Under the pieces are notes generated by a model. It was not told the origin of the DNA. It saw only the letters and a list, made by a program, of their open reading frames with translations, and did no database searches. A stretch of DNA of 64,000 bases, taken from the NCBI RefSeq assembly GCF_024502345.1, contig NZ_JALDNN010000001.1; one strand, given 5' to 3'. Source of the DNA: Escherichia coli. Lineage in GTDB: Bacteria > Pseudomonadota > Gammaproteobacteria > Enterobacterales > Enterobacteriaceae. Shown here piece by piece: positions 20,995 through 32,793 of this stretch (position 1 is the first letter of the stretch; each line of letters starts with the position of its first letter). The position numbers and the translations under genes are program-made.

Positions 20995-21840
20995 TCAGCC
21001 ACGTCTTGCACGCTGGATGTCGCGTATCCGCTGTTTTTCTGCGCGAGCCATCAGATACCAGGCGATAAATCCGACAATTCCGACCGCACCAAGGATCAAT
21101 GTTGCCAGGGCGTTGATTTCCGGATTCACCCCCATCCGCACACTGGAAAAGACCAGCATCGGTAACGTGGTGGCTCCCGGCCCGGAAACAAAGCTGGCGA
21201 TCACCAGATCATCAAGCGACAAAGTAAAAGCCAGTAACCAGCCAGAAATGATCGCGGGCATGATCATCGGTAGCGTAATGACGAAAAACACTTTCAACGG
21301 CGTCGCACCGAGATCCATCGCTGCTTCTTCTATCGAACGATCCAGTTCCCGCAATCTTGAAGAAATAACGACCGCCACATAAGCCGTACAAAAAGTGACA
21401 TGCGCCAGCCAGATGGTGAGCATACCGCGGTCCGCAGGCCAGCCAATGGCATGAGCAAGCGCGACGAATAATAACAACAGCGACAAGCCCGTGATGACAT
21501 CTGGCATTACCAGCGGCGCGGTGATCATAAAGGCAAAGCCATTTGATCCGCGAAACCTGCCAAAGCGCACCAGCACCACCGCCGCAATAGTTCCGAGGAT
21601 CGCCGCCGCCGTCGCCGCACAGGCCGCAATTGTCAGACTTAAACCAACCGCACTCATCATCGCGTCATCGCGCAATAATTCGCCATACCAGCGCGTTGAC
21701 CAGCCGGCCCACACCGTCACCAGCTTCGAGCTGTTAAACGAATAGATAACCAGCATCAGCATTGGCGCGTAGAGAAAGGTAAAGCCCAGCAGCAAAATCA
21801 CAATCCGCCAGGGCGAACGAACTACCGGTAAATTATTCAT
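20995..21840 (-). CDS. potI: putrescine ABC transporter permease
   Basis: ORF track 20995..21882; 281 aa from the internal ATG at 21840. Confidence 0.9.
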   Translation of the reverse strand: MNNLPVVRSPWRIVILLLGFTFLYAPMLMLVIYSFNSSKLVTVWAGWSTRWYGELLRDDAMMSAVGLSLTIAACAATAAAILGTIAAVVLVRFGRFRGSNGFAFMITAPLVMPDVITGLSLLLLFVALAHAIGWPADRGMLTIWLAHVTFCTAYVAVVISSRLRELDRSIEEAAMDLGATPLKVFFVITLPMIMPAIISGWLLAFTLSLDDLVIASFVSGPGATTLPMLVFSSVRMGVNPEINALATLILGAVGIVGFIAWYLMARAEKQRIRDIQRARRG

Positions 21841-22790
21841 CCGTGTTCTCCCACGCTTTTTTGCTGGTGTTTGTGGAACCACATTATCGGCACAATTAGC
21901 AGCAGCAACATGATGATCGCTACCGCCGAGGCCACCGGCCAGTCGCGGTTATTGAAAAACTCTTGCCATAGCACGCGCCCGATCATGATGCTGTCCGGGC
22001 CACCGAGCAGTTCCGGGATCACAAACTCGCCCACAGCCGGGATAAACACCAGCATCGATCCGGCAATAATCCCAGCTTTAGTCAGCGGCACGATCACAGT
22101 AAAGAACGTTTTCAGCGGTCGCGCACCGAGATCCAGCGCTGCTTCCACCAGCGAATAATCAATACGAATCAACGCGGTATAAATCGGCAGCACCATAAAC
22201 GGCACGTAGGCGTAAACAATGCCAATATAAACTGCCAGATTGGTATGAAGAATGGTCAGCGGTTGATCGATAACCCCCAGCCACAGCAGAAAATTATTCA
22301 GCACACCGTTGTTTTTTAATATTCCCATCCAGGCGTAGACACGAATCAGAAACGAGGTCCACGACGGCAGGATCACCAGTAGTAATAAGATATTACGGGT
22401 CGAAGGCTTACTGTGCACCACCGCCCACGCCAGCGGATAGCCGATCAGTAAACAGCAAATAGTCGAAATCGCCGCCACCTGTAACGACTGGAGATAAGCA
22501 TCGAAATAGAGCGGATCGTCGGTCAGTTGCAGAAAATTACCGAGATTAAGAGTGATGGAAAGTTGCCCGTCAGCCCACTCCATCAGTTCGGTATAAGGTG
22601 GAATAGCGCGCGCCATCTCTGCCAGGCTTATTTTAAAGACAATCAGAAATGGCAGCAGAAACAGCAAGATCAACCAGATATACGGCAACGCAATGACCAG
22701 TTTGCGCCCATGCTTCATTTGCAACTGCGACAACCACAGCTTAAATCCGCCCGGCGGTTTCGACTGGGCAGCAGGTTCAAGTGTACTCAT
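21837..22790 (-). CDS. potH: putrescine ABC transporter permease
   Basis: 317-aa hydrophobic ORF; stop overlaps the potI start. Confidence 0.9.
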   Translation of the reverse strand: MSTLEPAAQSKPPGGFKLWLSQLQMKHGRKLVIALPYIWLILLFLLPFLIVFKISLAEMARAIPPYTELMEWADGQLSITLNLGNFLQLTDDPLYFDAYLQSLQVAAISTICCLLIGYPLAWAVVHSKPSTRNILLLLVILPSWTSFLIRVYAWMGILKNNGVLNNFLLWLGVIDQPLTILHTNLAVYIGIVYAYVPFMVLPIYTALIRIDYSLVEAALDLGARPLKTFFTVIVPLTKAGIIAGSMLVFIPAVGEFVIPELLGGPDSIMIGRVLWQEFFNNRDWPVASAVAIIMLLLLIVPIMWFHKHQQKSVGEHG

Positions 22791-22799
22791 CTTTGCTCC

Positions 22800-23933
22800 T
22801 TAAACCGTAAGCACCACACAGCTGTCCACTTCCCAGCACAAGCGCACTTCGTCGCCCCAGGTCGGTAACCCTTTACGATGACGATGGGCGTTTTGTAGCT
22901 GGGCGCTAATCATCTGCCCACTTTTCAGACGAACGTGATACACCGAAAGATCGCCGAGATAGGCAATGTGTATCACCTCCCCCACCGCGAAGTTACAACC
23001 ATTGGCGGGCGGCTCTTCGCAAAGCATGATTTTTTCCGGACGCAGCGCTACGTGTACCGGCACGTTATCGACTACTGAAGCATCCGCATCGACTTTCAGT
23101 GGATGCACCAGCCCCGGCGAATAAAGCACCAGACCATCTTCCTGACGCTCTTTGAGTACACCTTCAAAGACATTAACCGAACCGATAAATTCAGCGCTAT
23201 AGCGGGTGGTCGGATGCTCGTAGATCTCTTCTGGTTCGCCAATCTGGACAAATTTCCCACGATTCATAATGGCGATGCGCCCCGCCATGGTCATCGCCTC
23301 TTCCTGATCGTGGGTGACCATCACACAAGTCACACCGACGCGCTCCAGAATATCCACAACTTCAAGCTGCATCCGGTCACGCAGCTTTTTATCCAGCGCG
23401 CCCATCGGCTCATCGAGCAGTAATAGTTTCGGGCGTTTGGCAAGGCTTCGGGCCAGGGCCACACGCTGTCGCTGACCACCGGAAAGCTGATGCGGTTTGC
23501 GTTTGGCGAACTCCTGCATATGCACAAGGCCGAGCATCTCATTGACCCGGCTGACAATTTCCGCTTTCGGTAGTTTGTCCTGTTTCAGGCCAAAAGCGAT
23601 GTTTTGTTCCACGGTCATATGCGGAAACAGCGCGTAAGACTGAAACATCATATTGATGGGGCGCAGGTAAGGCGGAACCTGTGACAAATCGACGCCATCA
23701 AGCATTATCTGTCCGGCAGAAGGTTGTTCGAAACCTGCCAGCATACGCAGCAGCGTGGACTTGCCACAGCCGGATGCGCCCAGCAGCGCAAAGATTTCAC
23801 CTTTGTAGATGGTCAGGCTGACATCATCAACCGCATGCTGACCATCGTAGGATTTGGTCAGATTGCGGATTTCTAATAGCGGGGTCAGCACCTTACGGGT
23901 TTTCGCCTGGGGGCGAGGGATAGCGTCATTCAC
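22800..23933 (-). CDS. potG: putrescine ABC transporter ATP-binding protein
   Basis: Walker A GASGCGKST, ABC signature LSGGQRQR; 377 aa. Confidence 0.93.
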   Translation of the reverse strand: MNDAIPRPQAKTRKVLTPLLEIRNLTKSYDGQHAVDDVSLTIYKGEIFALLGASGCGKSTLLRMLAGFEQPSAGQIMLDGVDLSQVPPYLRPINMMFQSYALFPHMTVEQNIAFGLKQDKLPKAEIVSRVNEMLGLVHMQEFAKRKPHQLSGGQRQRVALARSLAKRPKLLLLDEPMGALDKKLRDRMQLEVVDILERVGVTCVMVTHDQEEAMTMAGRIAIMNRGKFVQIGEPEEIYEHPTTRYSAEFIGSVNVFEGVLKERQEDGLVLYSPGLVHPLKVDADASVVDNVPVHVALRPEKIMLCEEPPANGCNFAVGEVIHIAYLGDLSVYHVRLKSGQMISAQLQNAHRHRKGLPTWGDEVRLCWEVDSCVVLTV

Positions 23934-24027
23934 GGCTGCTCTCCGGCATTAAATGTGTGCAAGCGCACCATGTTGGTGCGAATTGCCGGAGGGAGTGGCG
24001 CTCCCGCCCGGCATCTAAGGCTGCGGA

Positions 24028-25140
24028 TTATTTTCCGCTCTTCACTTTGGTCCACGCGCGGGTGCGCACACGGTCGATTTTCGGATCCTGTACTTTCAGA
24101 GTGAACAACTTCGCGCGGACATCCGCAGGCGGATAAATACCCGGGTTATCACGGACTTCCGCACTCACCAGCGGCGTGGCTGCTTTATTGGCGTTAGCAT
24201 AGAACACATGGTCAGAGATATGTGCCACCACATCAGGACGCAGCAGGTAATTCAGGAACTGATAGGCTTCGTCTTTATTTTTGGCATCCGCAGGCATGGC
24301 GAATACATCAAAGAACGCCATCGCCCCTTCTTTTGGAATCGAGAACGAGACATTCACGCCATTCTTCGCTTCCTTCGCGCGGTTTGACGCCTGCCAGACA
24401 TCACCTGCCCAGCCGATAGCGACGCAAATATCGCCGTTTGCCAGGTCGTTAATGTATTGAGATGAATGGAAATAACGAATGTTCGGGCGCAGCTTTAACA
24501 GCAGATCGGTAGCCGGTCCGGTGTAATCATCCGCTTTAGTGCTGTTGGGATCTTTGCCGAGATAATTCAGCACGGTAGCAAAAACTTCTTCTGGCGCATC
24601 GAGGAAAGATACACCGCAGCTTTTCAGTTTTTCCAGATTTTCAGGCTTGAGGATCAAGTCCCAGCTATCGACGGGCGCGTTTTCGCCCAGCACCGCTTTG
24701 ACTTTATCAACGTTATAGCCAATCCCGGTAGTCGCCCACATATAGGGCATAGCAAATTTATTGTCGGGATCGTGTTTGGCGACCAACTTCAGCAGTTCCG
24801 GGTCGAGATTCTTCCACTCCGGCAATTTGCTTTTATCCAGCGGCTGGAAAACTCCCGCTGTCAGCTGGCGTTCAAGAAAGCTTGCTGACGGCACCACCAG
24901 GTCAAAGCCGGTGCTCCCGGCCATTAATTTGCCTTCCAGTACTTCGTTAGAGTCGAAAACATCGTAGACGACTTTAATACCGGTTTCTTTTTCAAAGTTA
25001 GCCACCGTGTCGGGGGCGATATAATCAGACCAGTTATAAATGTGGAGTGTTTTTTGTTCAGCCGCGAGCGTGCCGACAGAGACGGCCATCAGAGCACCCG
25101 CAACCAGACCCGAAAGCCATTTTTTATTTAAGGCGGTCAT
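24028..25140 (-). CDS. potF: putrescine-binding periplasmic protein
   Basis: ORF track 24028..25290; signal peptide from the ATG at 25140 (370 aa). Confidence 0.9.
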   Translation of the reverse strand: MTALNKKWLSGLVAGALMAVSVGTLAAEQKTLHIYNWSDYIAPDTVANFEKETGIKVVYDVFDSNEVLEGKLMAGSTGFDLVVPSASFLERQLTAGVFQPLDKSKLPEWKNLDPELLKLVAKHDPDNKFAMPYMWATTGIGYNVDKVKAVLGENAPVDSWDLILKPENLEKLKSCGVSFLDAPEEVFATVLNYLGKDPNSTKADDYTGPATDLLLKLRPNIRYFHSSQYINDLANGDICVAIGWAGDVWQASNRAKEAKNGVNVSFSIPKEGAMAFFDVFAMPADAKNKDEAYQFLNYLLRPDVVAHISDHVFYANANKAATPLVSAEVRDNPGIYPPADVRAKLFTLKVQDPKIDRVRTRAWTKVKSGK

Positions 25141-25490
25141 ATCTCTTTCCTTCTGAAAGTTCGTTAACAAACGAACAAAAGTTGTCACACTGAAAGATAT
25201 GCAATAAACGTGCATATTTTTTATCGGCGCGGTGTAAGAAAAGAGAACTCTCTCCCGGCCAGCACTGCTCGCTATATAAAAGCATCGCAAGAATAACTTT
25301 AGCCAGGGTTTGAGACTATAGCTCGGATTAAAAAACGGTATTTAACAAATTTTTATGCGTATTTGCTCTATGTGATAAAGCCAAATCGACACAAGAGAAG
25401 TGAAATAATCTTTAAGAAAAGGTTAAAAACAGTAGATAATTTTGCAGCGCGCAGCCACTGCACCAGCGACTGCGTGCTCGAAAGGAGTTA

Positions 25491-25967
25491 TCAGTGGAGG
25501 AAATAGTTTTCGGTAACGTTGTTTTGCCCTTCATCGTCAGTCGGTAACAGCAGTTGATGGGCATTAGCTTCAAGAATGACCATCGAAATCTGCTCTTCGC
25601 TCTGACGCACGAACCATGCAAACTGCTCATAGGTTACGCCCTGCATAACGGATAAAGACTGGCAAACTACCAGCTTTGGCAGATTATCATCCTGCATATC
25701 AAGAAATGCTTTCACGGTCAGCGAACTGGCATTGATGGCAGATAAATCCGCCGCCAGCGGCAATACGGCTGAAGGTCGGACTTCCGCCATGGCAGAAAAC
25801 AGGATCGTGTTATCGATCAGATCGATTTTGGCATCAAAGACACCGTCGAAATTCTGCATATGGGGCAGATGCAGAGCCTGACAGTTATCACATTCAAAAA
25901 AACTCATCCCCAGGTCATCGAGCCATTGACGCAGCGTATCCAGACCAGGAACGACCAGCGATGTCAT
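25491..25967 (-). CDS. ybjN: YbjN-family putative sensory transduction regulator
   Basis: ORF track 25491..26015; 158 aa from the ATG at 25967. Confidence 0.78.
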   Translation of the reverse strand: MTSLVVPGLDTLRQWLDDLGMSFFECDNCQALHLPHMQNFDGVFDAKIDLIDNTILFSAMAEVRPSAVLPLAADLSAINASSLTVKAFLDMQDDNLPKLVVCQSLSVMQGVTYEQFAWFVRQSEEQISMVILEANAHQLLLPTDDEGQNNVTENYFLH

Positions 25968-26054
25968 AATTTTGTACAACCTCTTTCGATAAAAAGACCG
26001 GCACAGCTTACGCAAAAAGCGCAGGCAAAACCATGATCAGTAATGTGATTGCGA

Positions 26055-26957
26055 CTAACCACCCGTTTTCAGGCAATATTCTGTCGTAGCGTGGCGTTCG
26101 ATCCAGCGGATCATTTTACCCGCGATGTCGATACCGGTGGTTTTTTCTATTCCTTCCAGCCCCGGCGACGCATTCACTTCCATCACCAACGGCCCGCGAT
26201 TAGCACGCAGAATATCCACACCAGCAACGTCCAGCGCCATCGTTCGCGCGGCTTTTATCGCGATTTCACGCTCCTGTGGTGTGATACTGGCGACGCTTGC
26301 CGCGCCGCCACGATGCAAATTGGAACGAAAATCGCCCTCTTTCGCCCGCCGTTCAATCGCAGCGACCACTTCATCGCCAACAACCAGACAGCGGATATCG
26401 CACCCTTGCGCCTCTTTGATATATTCCTGCACCAGAATATGCGCGTTCAGACCGCGGAAAGCGTCAATCACGCTTTCCGCCGCCTGACGCGTCTCCGCCA
26501 GCACGACGCCAATTCCCTGCGTGCCTTCAACCAACTTGACCACCAGCGGCGCACCACCGACCATGTCGATTAAATCGCTGGTATCATCCGGCGAATGCGC
26601 AATGCCCGTGACAGGCAGGTCGATGCCCTGACGCGCCAGCAGTTGCATGGAACGCAATTTGTCACGCGCCCGGGCAATGGCGACCGACTCATTGAGCGGA
26701 TAGCTCCCCAGCATCTCGAACTGGCGCAGTGCCGCCGTCCCATAAAAGGTAATGGCGGTGCCAATACGCGGGATCACTGCGTCAAAATGGGGTAACTTGC
26801 GGCCTTTGTAGTGAATAGAAGACGCCGCAGGATTTATGTTCATGTAGCAAGAAAGCGGATCAAGAATTTCAACCAGGTGACCGCGCTGTATAGCGGCTTC
26901 ACGCAGCCGCTTACACGAATAGAGCGTTCCATCCCGGGACAATATGGCAATTTTCAC
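26055..26957 (-). CDS. rimK: ribosomal protein S6 glutamate ligase (ATP-grasp)
   Basis: 300-aa ORF with ATP-grasp features. Confidence 0.9.
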   Translation of the reverse strand: MKIAILSRDGTLYSCKRLREAAIQRGHLVEILDPLSCYMNINPAASSIHYKGRKLPHFDAVIPRIGTAITFYGTAALRQFEMLGSYPLNESVAIARARDKLRSMQLLARQGIDLPVTGIAHSPDDTSDLIDMVGGAPLVVKLVEGTQGIGVVLAETRQAAESVIDAFRGLNAHILVQEYIKEAQGCDIRCLVVGDEVVAAIERRAKEGDFRSNLHRGGAASVASITPQEREIAIKAARTMALDVAGVDILRANRGPLVMEVNASPGLEGIEKTTGIDIAGKMIRWIERHATTEYCLKTGG

Positions 26958-27017
26958 CCTGCACCTCTCTGTCAGACCTGGTCAAAAGCCCGCGTATCAT
27001 ACATCGACGTGGCGGTT

Positions 27018-27740
27018 TTAGCGCGTCGCCCAACCCTGTTTGTGCAAATAATCCAGAATAAATGGGCGGCTTTCTTTAATGATTGTTCGGCGGATATGAT
27101 CGCTCCAGGTATCCCGGCGATTATTGCTGCCACGGGTGAGGTAATATTCCGCCAGTTGCTCGTCATACTGCGCCAGTGCGTCTTTATCCAGCGGTTGATA
27201 GCTGTTTTCATGCACCAAAATGGAGGCCGGTAAACGCGGCTTGAGATCCGGATTATCCGCAGGCCAGCCAAGGCACAGCCCAAACAGCGGCAGAACATGC
27301 TGCGGTAATTTCAGCAGTTCCGTCACCGCTTCAATATTATTGCGCAGGCCGCCGATATATACGCCGCCCAATCCCAGCGATTCCGCTGCGGTTAATGCAT
27401 TCTGCGCCATCATTGCCGTATCAACGACACCGAGCAACAGCTGTTCCGCCAGGCCGAGCTGAGCATCCGGACAGATCTGTAAATGGCGGTTAAAGTCGGC
27501 ACAGAACACCCAGAACTCCGCCGCTTGCGCTACGTGTTTTTGCCCGCCGGTCAGCGTCACCAGCTCTTCACGTAATGCTTTGTCGGTAATGCGAATAATG
27601 CTACTACACTGCAAAAAACTGGAACTGGACGTCGCACGGGCGCTGTTAATAATCGCCTCACGCTGCGCGTCGGAAATGGGTTCATCAGTGAAATGGCGAA
27701 TGGAGCGATGGCCACAAATAAGTTCAATGGTTGGCGTCAT
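27018..27740 (-). CDS. nfsA: oxygen-insensitive NADPH nitroreductase
   Basis: 240-aa ORF, nitroreductase family. Confidence 0.9.
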   Translation of the reverse strand: MTPTIELICGHRSIRHFTDEPISDAQREAIINSARATSSSSFLQCSSIIRITDKALREELVTLTGGQKHVAQAAEFWVFCADFNRHLQICPDAQLGLAEQLLLGVVDTAMMAQNALTAAESLGLGGVYIGGLRNNIEAVTELLKLPQHVLPLFGLCLGWPADNPDLKPRLPASILVHENSYQPLDKDALAQYDEQLAEYYLTRGSNNRRDTWSDHIRRTIIKESRPFILDYLHKQGWATR

Positions 27741-28011
27741 TATCTTTTTCTCTTTCTGAACGTGAATATTGCGGTGGACGGTTCATCAGCTGTGGGGCAA
27801 GACGTTTTGCCACCTGAAGAATAACCACCACCGCAGCGGGAAGCATGAGCAAAACACCGAGAAAAATCATCAGAATCTGCACTTCTGGCCGAGAAAATGG
27901 CTCAGGCAGCGACAGGGAGTCGCTTACCGACAGCAGCGCCACCGCCAGCAACATCATTCCGATAAATTCCAGTATCAACACGCTTTTAGGCAATTTACCG
28001 ATCGCGCGCAT
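27724..28011 (-). CDS. ybjC: small membrane protein YbjC
   Basis: 95-aa ORF with two hydrophobic segments, overlapping the nfsA start. Confidence 0.7.
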   Translation of the reverse strand: MRAIGKLPKSVLILEFIGMMLLAVALLSVSDSLSLPEPFSRPEVQILMIFLGVLLMLPAAVVVILQVAKRLAPQLMNRPPQYSRSEREKDNDANH

Positions 28012-28170
28012 ACGCTTCCCTCTGCAAAGTGAGCTTTCAGTCTAAAACTTTTCACTGTATTGTGTTTAACAGTTATAGCTTTTAGCAATTAATGCAACAG
28101 GTTAAACCTACTTTCAGCGAATACATTTTAGCGTGATCATTACAGGCATAAATCTATGAGGAGAGAAATA

Positions 28171-28428
28171 ATGCAAACCGTTATTTTTGGTCGTCCGGGT
28201 TGCCCTTACTGTGTGCGTGCAAAAGATCTGGCTGAGAAATTGAGCAATGAACGCGATGATTTTCAGTATCAGTATGTAGATATTCGTGCGGAAGGGATCA
28301 CTAAAGAAGATCTACAACAAAAGGCAGGTAAACCCGTAGAAACCGTGCCGCAGATTTTTGTCGATCAGCAACATATCGGCGGCTATACCGATTTTGCTGC
28401 ATGGGTGAAAGAGAATCTGGACGCCTGA
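28171..28428 (+). CDS. grxA: glutaredoxin 1
   Basis: ORF track 28156..28428; CPYC active site; 85 aa from the ATG at 28171. Confidence 0.93.
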   Translation: MQTVIFGRPGCPYCVRAKDLAEKLSNERDDFQYQYVDIRAEGITKEDLQQKAGKPVETVPQIFVDQQHIGGYTDFAAWVKENLDA

Positions 28429-28437
28429 TCGTCTGAC

Positions 28438-28470
28438 AAGCCCTCGCGTTGAGGGCTTTACTGATTTTTT
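28438..28470 (+). terminator. intrinsic terminator after grxA
   Basis: hairpin aagccctcgcg ttgagggctt followed by a T-rich run. Confidence 0.55.
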
Positions 28471-28835
28471 CTGTGCTGTGGTTTAAACAAGCTACTGATA
28501 AATAAGAAACACAGTGCCCCCAGCGCACACCAGAACACCGCGCTTAGTAACCATGCCAGCTCTTGCCAGAATGAGCGGGTCGGTGAAAAAAACAGCCGCA
28601 TAATAAGCATTGAACAGGGTGCCGCCAGCATTGCGCCAAATAGAGGTTTCAGGACTTCTCTACGCTGTGAAAAGAAACTGGCAACTGCTCCAGGAAGAAT
28701 GAAAAACAGCAAGCCGATTTCAGGATGCCCGGCAGCCCGAAAAGCGCCTTTCATGTGCGTCGCCAGAAAAAGGCACACCACAATGAAGAGGACAAAACAG
28801 CAGATTGCCCCCGCCCAACGTTGTTTATGTTTCAC
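28458..28835 (-). CDS. ybjM: inner-membrane protein YbjM
   Basis: 125-aa hydrophobic ORF. Confidence 0.75.
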   Translation of the reverse strand: MKHKQRWAGAICCFVLFIVVCLFLATHMKGAFRAAGHPEIGLLFFILPGAVASFFSQRREVLKPLFGAMLAAPCSMLIMRLFFSPTRSFWQELAWLLSAVFWCALGALCFLFISSLFKPQHRKNQ

Positions 28836-29104
28836 TCGTTCCTCCTGACACTGCGTCTATCGAACACATTTTTCGCCAGTGTGGCGTTCAGTAAGATAAA
28901 GCCGCTTCGCATTCCATGCTAATATAGGCCAACGCAATTCATATAGCCGTTGATACCTAATGTGATTACACTAGTAAAATATATTGTTACTTTACTATCG
29001 TTTAGGTGCGCTGAATGAATCTGCGCCCTGAATTCTGGTAAAAAACATTATCGTAAATTACCATTTCTTTCAACAGCTTACTAGTAAACAAGAAGTTAGC
29101 CTCC

Positions 29105-30790
29105 GTGAATATAAACGTCGCCGAATTGTTAAATGGGAATTACATTCTGTTATTATTTGTGGTCCTCGCGCTTGGGCTATGTCTCGGAAAGTTACGACTT
29201 GGTTCGATCCAACTGGGTAATTCCATTGGCGTTTTAGTCGTATCGCTGTTATTAGGCCAACAACATTTCAGCATTAACACCGATGCGCTTAATCTTGGCT
29301 TTATGCTGTTTATTTTCTGCGTCGGGGTCGAAGCCGGACCGAACTTTTTTTCCATTTTTTTTCGCGATGGGAAAAATTACCTAATGTTAGCACTGGTGAT
29401 GGTTGGCAGTGCGCTGGTGATCGCCTTAGGGTTAGGTAAGCTGTTTGGCTGGGATATTGGCCTGACGGCCGGTATGTTAGCAGGCTCTATGACGTCGACA
29501 CCGGTTCTGGTCGGTGCTGGCGATACACTGCGTCATTCCGGTATGGAAAGCAGGCAGCTCTCACTGGCACTGGATAATCTGAGCCTCGGGTATGCCTTAA
29601 CCTATTTAATCGGTCTGGTGAGTTTGATTGTTGGTGCGCGTTACTTGCCGAAATTGCAGCATCAGGACTTACAGACCAGCGCCCAGCAAATCGCCCGCGA
29701 ACGTGGCCTGGACACTGATGCCAACCGTAAGGTTTATTTACCGGTGATCCGCGCCTATCGCGTCGGCCCGGAGCTGGTGGCCTGGACCGACGGCAAAAAT
29801 CTGCGTGAACTGGGTATTTATCGACAAACCGGCTGCTACATTGAACGTATTCGACGTAACGGGATTCTGGCAAATCCAGACGGTGATGCCGTGCTACAAA
29901 TGGGCGATGAAATAGCGTTGGTAGGCTATCCCGACGCCCATGCCCGACTCGATCCCAGCTTCCGTAACGGTAAAGAAGTTTTCGATCGTGACCTTCTCGA
30001 CATGCGTATCGTCACTGAAGAAGTGGTCGTTAAAAACCATAACGCTGTAGGTAAACGTCTCGCACAACTGAAGTTGACCGATCACGGTTGCTTCCTTAAC
30101 CGCGTCATTCGTAGCCAGATTGAGATGCCGATTGATGACAACGTCGTGCTGAACAAAGGTGACGTTTTACAAGTCAGCGGCGATGCCCGCCGCGTAAAAA
30201 CCATCGCCGATCGCATCGGCTTTATCTCGATTCACAGCCAGGTCACTGACCTGCTGGCATTCTGCGCCTTCTTTGTTATTGGGCTGATGATCGGGATGAT
30301 CACCTTCCAGTTCAGCACATTCAGTTTCGGCATGGGGAACGCTGCCGGGTTGTTATTCGCCGGAATTATGCTGGGCTTTATGCGTGCTAACCACCCGACC
30401 TTCGGTTACATTCCGCAAGGGGCATTAAGCATGGTGAAAGAGTTCGGCTTGATGGTGTTTATGGCAGGCGTTGGTCTGAGCGCCGGTAGCGGTATTAATA
30501 ACGGCCTGGGCGCGATTGGCGGTCAGATGTTGATTGCCGGATTAATTGTCAGTCTTGTGCCCGTGGTTATCTGTTTCTTGTTCGGTGCTTATGTATTGCG
30601 AATGAACCGCGCACTGTTGTTCGGCGCAATGATGGGCGCACGCACCTGCGCGCCGGCAATGGAGATCATCAGTGATACAGCTCGCAGTAACATCCCTGCG
30701 CTGGGCTATGCGGGCACCTACGCAATCGCCAACGTCCTGCTGACGCTGGCAGGGACAATCATCGTCATGGTATGGCCAGGATTAGGATAA
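29105..30790 (+). CDS. ybjL: putative AAE-family transporter YbjL (duplicated membrane domains, TrkA_C-like central region)
   Basis: 561-aa ORF starting at the GTG at 29105; hydrophobic N- and C-terminal halves around a soluble middle. Confidence 0.85.
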
Positions 30791-30902
30791 AACTGAAGTT
30801 GCCCTGAAAATGAAATTTTTTTGCACAACCGCAGAACTTTTCCGCAGGGCATCAGTCTTAATTAGTGCCACTGCTTTTCTTTGATGTCCCCATTTTGTGG
30901 AG

Positions 30903-30946
30903 CCCATCAACCCCGCCATTTCGGTTCAAGGTTGATGGGTTTTTTG
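30903..30946 (+). terminator. intrinsic terminator after ybjL
   Basis: hairpin cccatcaacc...ggttgatggg followed by TTTTTTG. Confidence 0.7.
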
Positions 30947-30964
30947 TTATCTAAAATTTATCTA

Positions 30965-31501
30965 CTACCCTGCAACCCTCTCAACCATCCTCAAAATCTC
31001 CTCGCGCGATAGCGGCTTACGGTCGGTGACAAAATGCAGCGTCATCCCCTCAATAAACGCATCAAGCGCGCGGGCGGTTCCGGGTTCAAACCATTGTTCG
31101 AGCGTTTGCTGACTGCGCTGCATCCAGTTTTGCATTACCGTTTTTAATAGCGGTTTTCGGCTAGCCAGCGCGTAGAGCTGGTACATCAGCTCCATGTTAT
31201 CCGGCGTTGCAACCTGTGAGCTGTAGATCATATCGGTGATAGCCTGGCATGCGCCTTGAGCATCACTAACATCGCTAAAAAATGCCTGATATTGCCGGGA
31301 CATGATCTCAGTAAAACTGCTGAACGCCTCCAGCAACAACTCATCAATTCCTGAAAAATAGTAGGTCATCGATCCCAACGGTACCCCGGCAAGGGTAGCA
31401 ATTTTGCGGTGCGTAACAGCATGTATTCCGTAAAGTTTCACCGCCTCCAGCGTGGCCTGGATAATTTTTTCTCGCCGTTGCGGATCGTTAGCGCGACGCA
31501 T
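30965..31501 (-). CDS. rcdA: TetR-family transcriptional regulator RcdA (YbjK)
   Basis: ORF track 30965..31531; 178 aa from the ATG at 31501; N-terminal HTH. Confidence 0.83.
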   Translation of the reverse strand: MRRANDPQRREKIIQATLEAVKLYGIHAVTHRKIATLAGVPLGSMTYYFSGIDELLLEAFSSFTEIMSRQYQAFFSDVSDAQGACQAITDMIYSSQVATPDNMELMYQLYALASRKPLLKTVMQNWMQRSQQTLEQWFEPGTARALDAFIEGMTLHFVTDRKPLSREEILRMVERVAG

Positions 31502-31584
31502 GTCATTTCCTCTGTCTGCAATTGTGTACAAATGTACACAACCTTGCTAATGTTGTCTTCCCTCTTCTTATTTTGACGTGATCT

Positions 31585-32793
31585 ATGACCGTAAATTCTT
31601 CACGTAATGCATTGAAACGCCGAACCTGGGCGCTGTTTATGTTCTTCTTTTTGCCGGGCCTGTTAATGGCGTCCTGGGCAACCCGTACGCCTGCTATCCG
31701 CGATATTCTCTCTGTCTCGATCGCTGAAATGGGCGGTGTTCTCTTTGGTCTGTCGATCGGTTCGATGAGCGGTATTCTCTGCTCGGCGTGGTTAGTGAAA
31801 CGCTTTGGGACACGTAATGTCATCCTGGTCACCATGTCCTGCGCATTGGTCGGGATGATGATATTAAGTCTGGCACTCTGGCTGACATCGCCCCTGCTCT
31901 TTGCCGTTGGTCTCGGCGTCTTTGGGGCAAGTTTTGGTTCTGCGGAAGTGGCGATAAACGTTGAAGGTGCCGCCGTTGAGCGAGAAATGAATAAAACGGT
32001 TTTGCCGATGATGCACGGTTTTTATAGCCTGGGCACGCTGGCAGGCGCTGGTGTCGGGATGGCACTGACGGCCTTTGGCGTTCCGGCAACGGTGCACATT
32101 TTATTGGCGGCGCTGGTAGGCATCGCGCCTATATATATCGCCATTCAGGCAATCCCTGACGGTACGGGCAAAAATGCTGCCGATGGCACCCAGCATGGCG
32201 AAAAAGGCGTACCTTTTTATCGCGATATCCAGTTGCTGCTGATTGGTGTTGTGGTGCTGGCGATGGCCTTTGCCGAAGGTTCTGCCAACGACTGGTTACC
32301 CTTATTAATGGTTGACGGTCACGGTTTTAGCCCCACTTCCGGCTCGCTGATTTATGCCGGTTTTACCCTGGGGATGACCGTTGGACGCTTCACTGGCGGT
32401 TGGTTCATCGACCGTTACAGTCGCGTTGCCGTGGTTCGGGCCAGTGCGCTAATGGGGGCGTTGGGTATTGGGCTGATTATTTTTGTCGATAGCGCCTGGG
32501 TCGCTGGGGTGTCTGTTGTACTCTGGGGACTGGGTGCCTCGCTGGGCTTCCCGCTGACCATTTCTGCCGCCAGCGATACCGGCCCCGATGCACCAACCCG
32601 CGTCAGTGTGGTAGCAACGACCGGTTATCTGGCTTTCCTCGTCGGGCCGCCGCTGCTGGGCTATCTCGGCGAACATTATGGATTACGTAGTGCAATGCTG
32701 GTTGTACTGGCGCTGGTTATTCTCGCGGCTATTGTCGCGAAAGCCGTCGCCAAACCCGATACCAAAACGCAGACGGCGATGGAGAATAGTTGA
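31585..32793 (+). CDS. ybjJ: MFS transporter YbjJ
   Basis: 402-aa ORF, 12-TM-like hydrophobic profile. Confidence 0.85.
   Translation: MTVNSSRNALKRRTWALFMFFFLPGLLMASWATRTPAIRDILSVSIAEMGGVLFGLSIGSMSGILCSAWLVKRFGTRNVILVTMSCALVGMMILSLALWLTSPLLFAVGLGVFGASFGSAEVAINVEGAAVEREMNKTVLPMMHGFYSLGTLAGAGVGMALTAFGVPATVHILLAALVGIAPIYIAIQAIPDGTGKNAADGTQHGEKGVPFYRDIQLLLIGVVVLAMAFAEGSANDWLPLLMVDGHGFSPTSGSLIYAGFTLGMTVGRFTGGWFIDRYSRVAVVRASALMGALGIGLIIFVDSAWVAGVSVVLWGLGASLGFPLTISAASDTGPDAPTRVSVVATTGYLAFLVGPPLLGYLGEHYGLRSAMLVVLALVILAAIVAKAVAKPDTKTQTAMENS

Noticed and set aside
26049-26573. 174-aa plus-strand ORF overlapping rimK
   Set aside because: Entirely antisense to rimK with no independent support.
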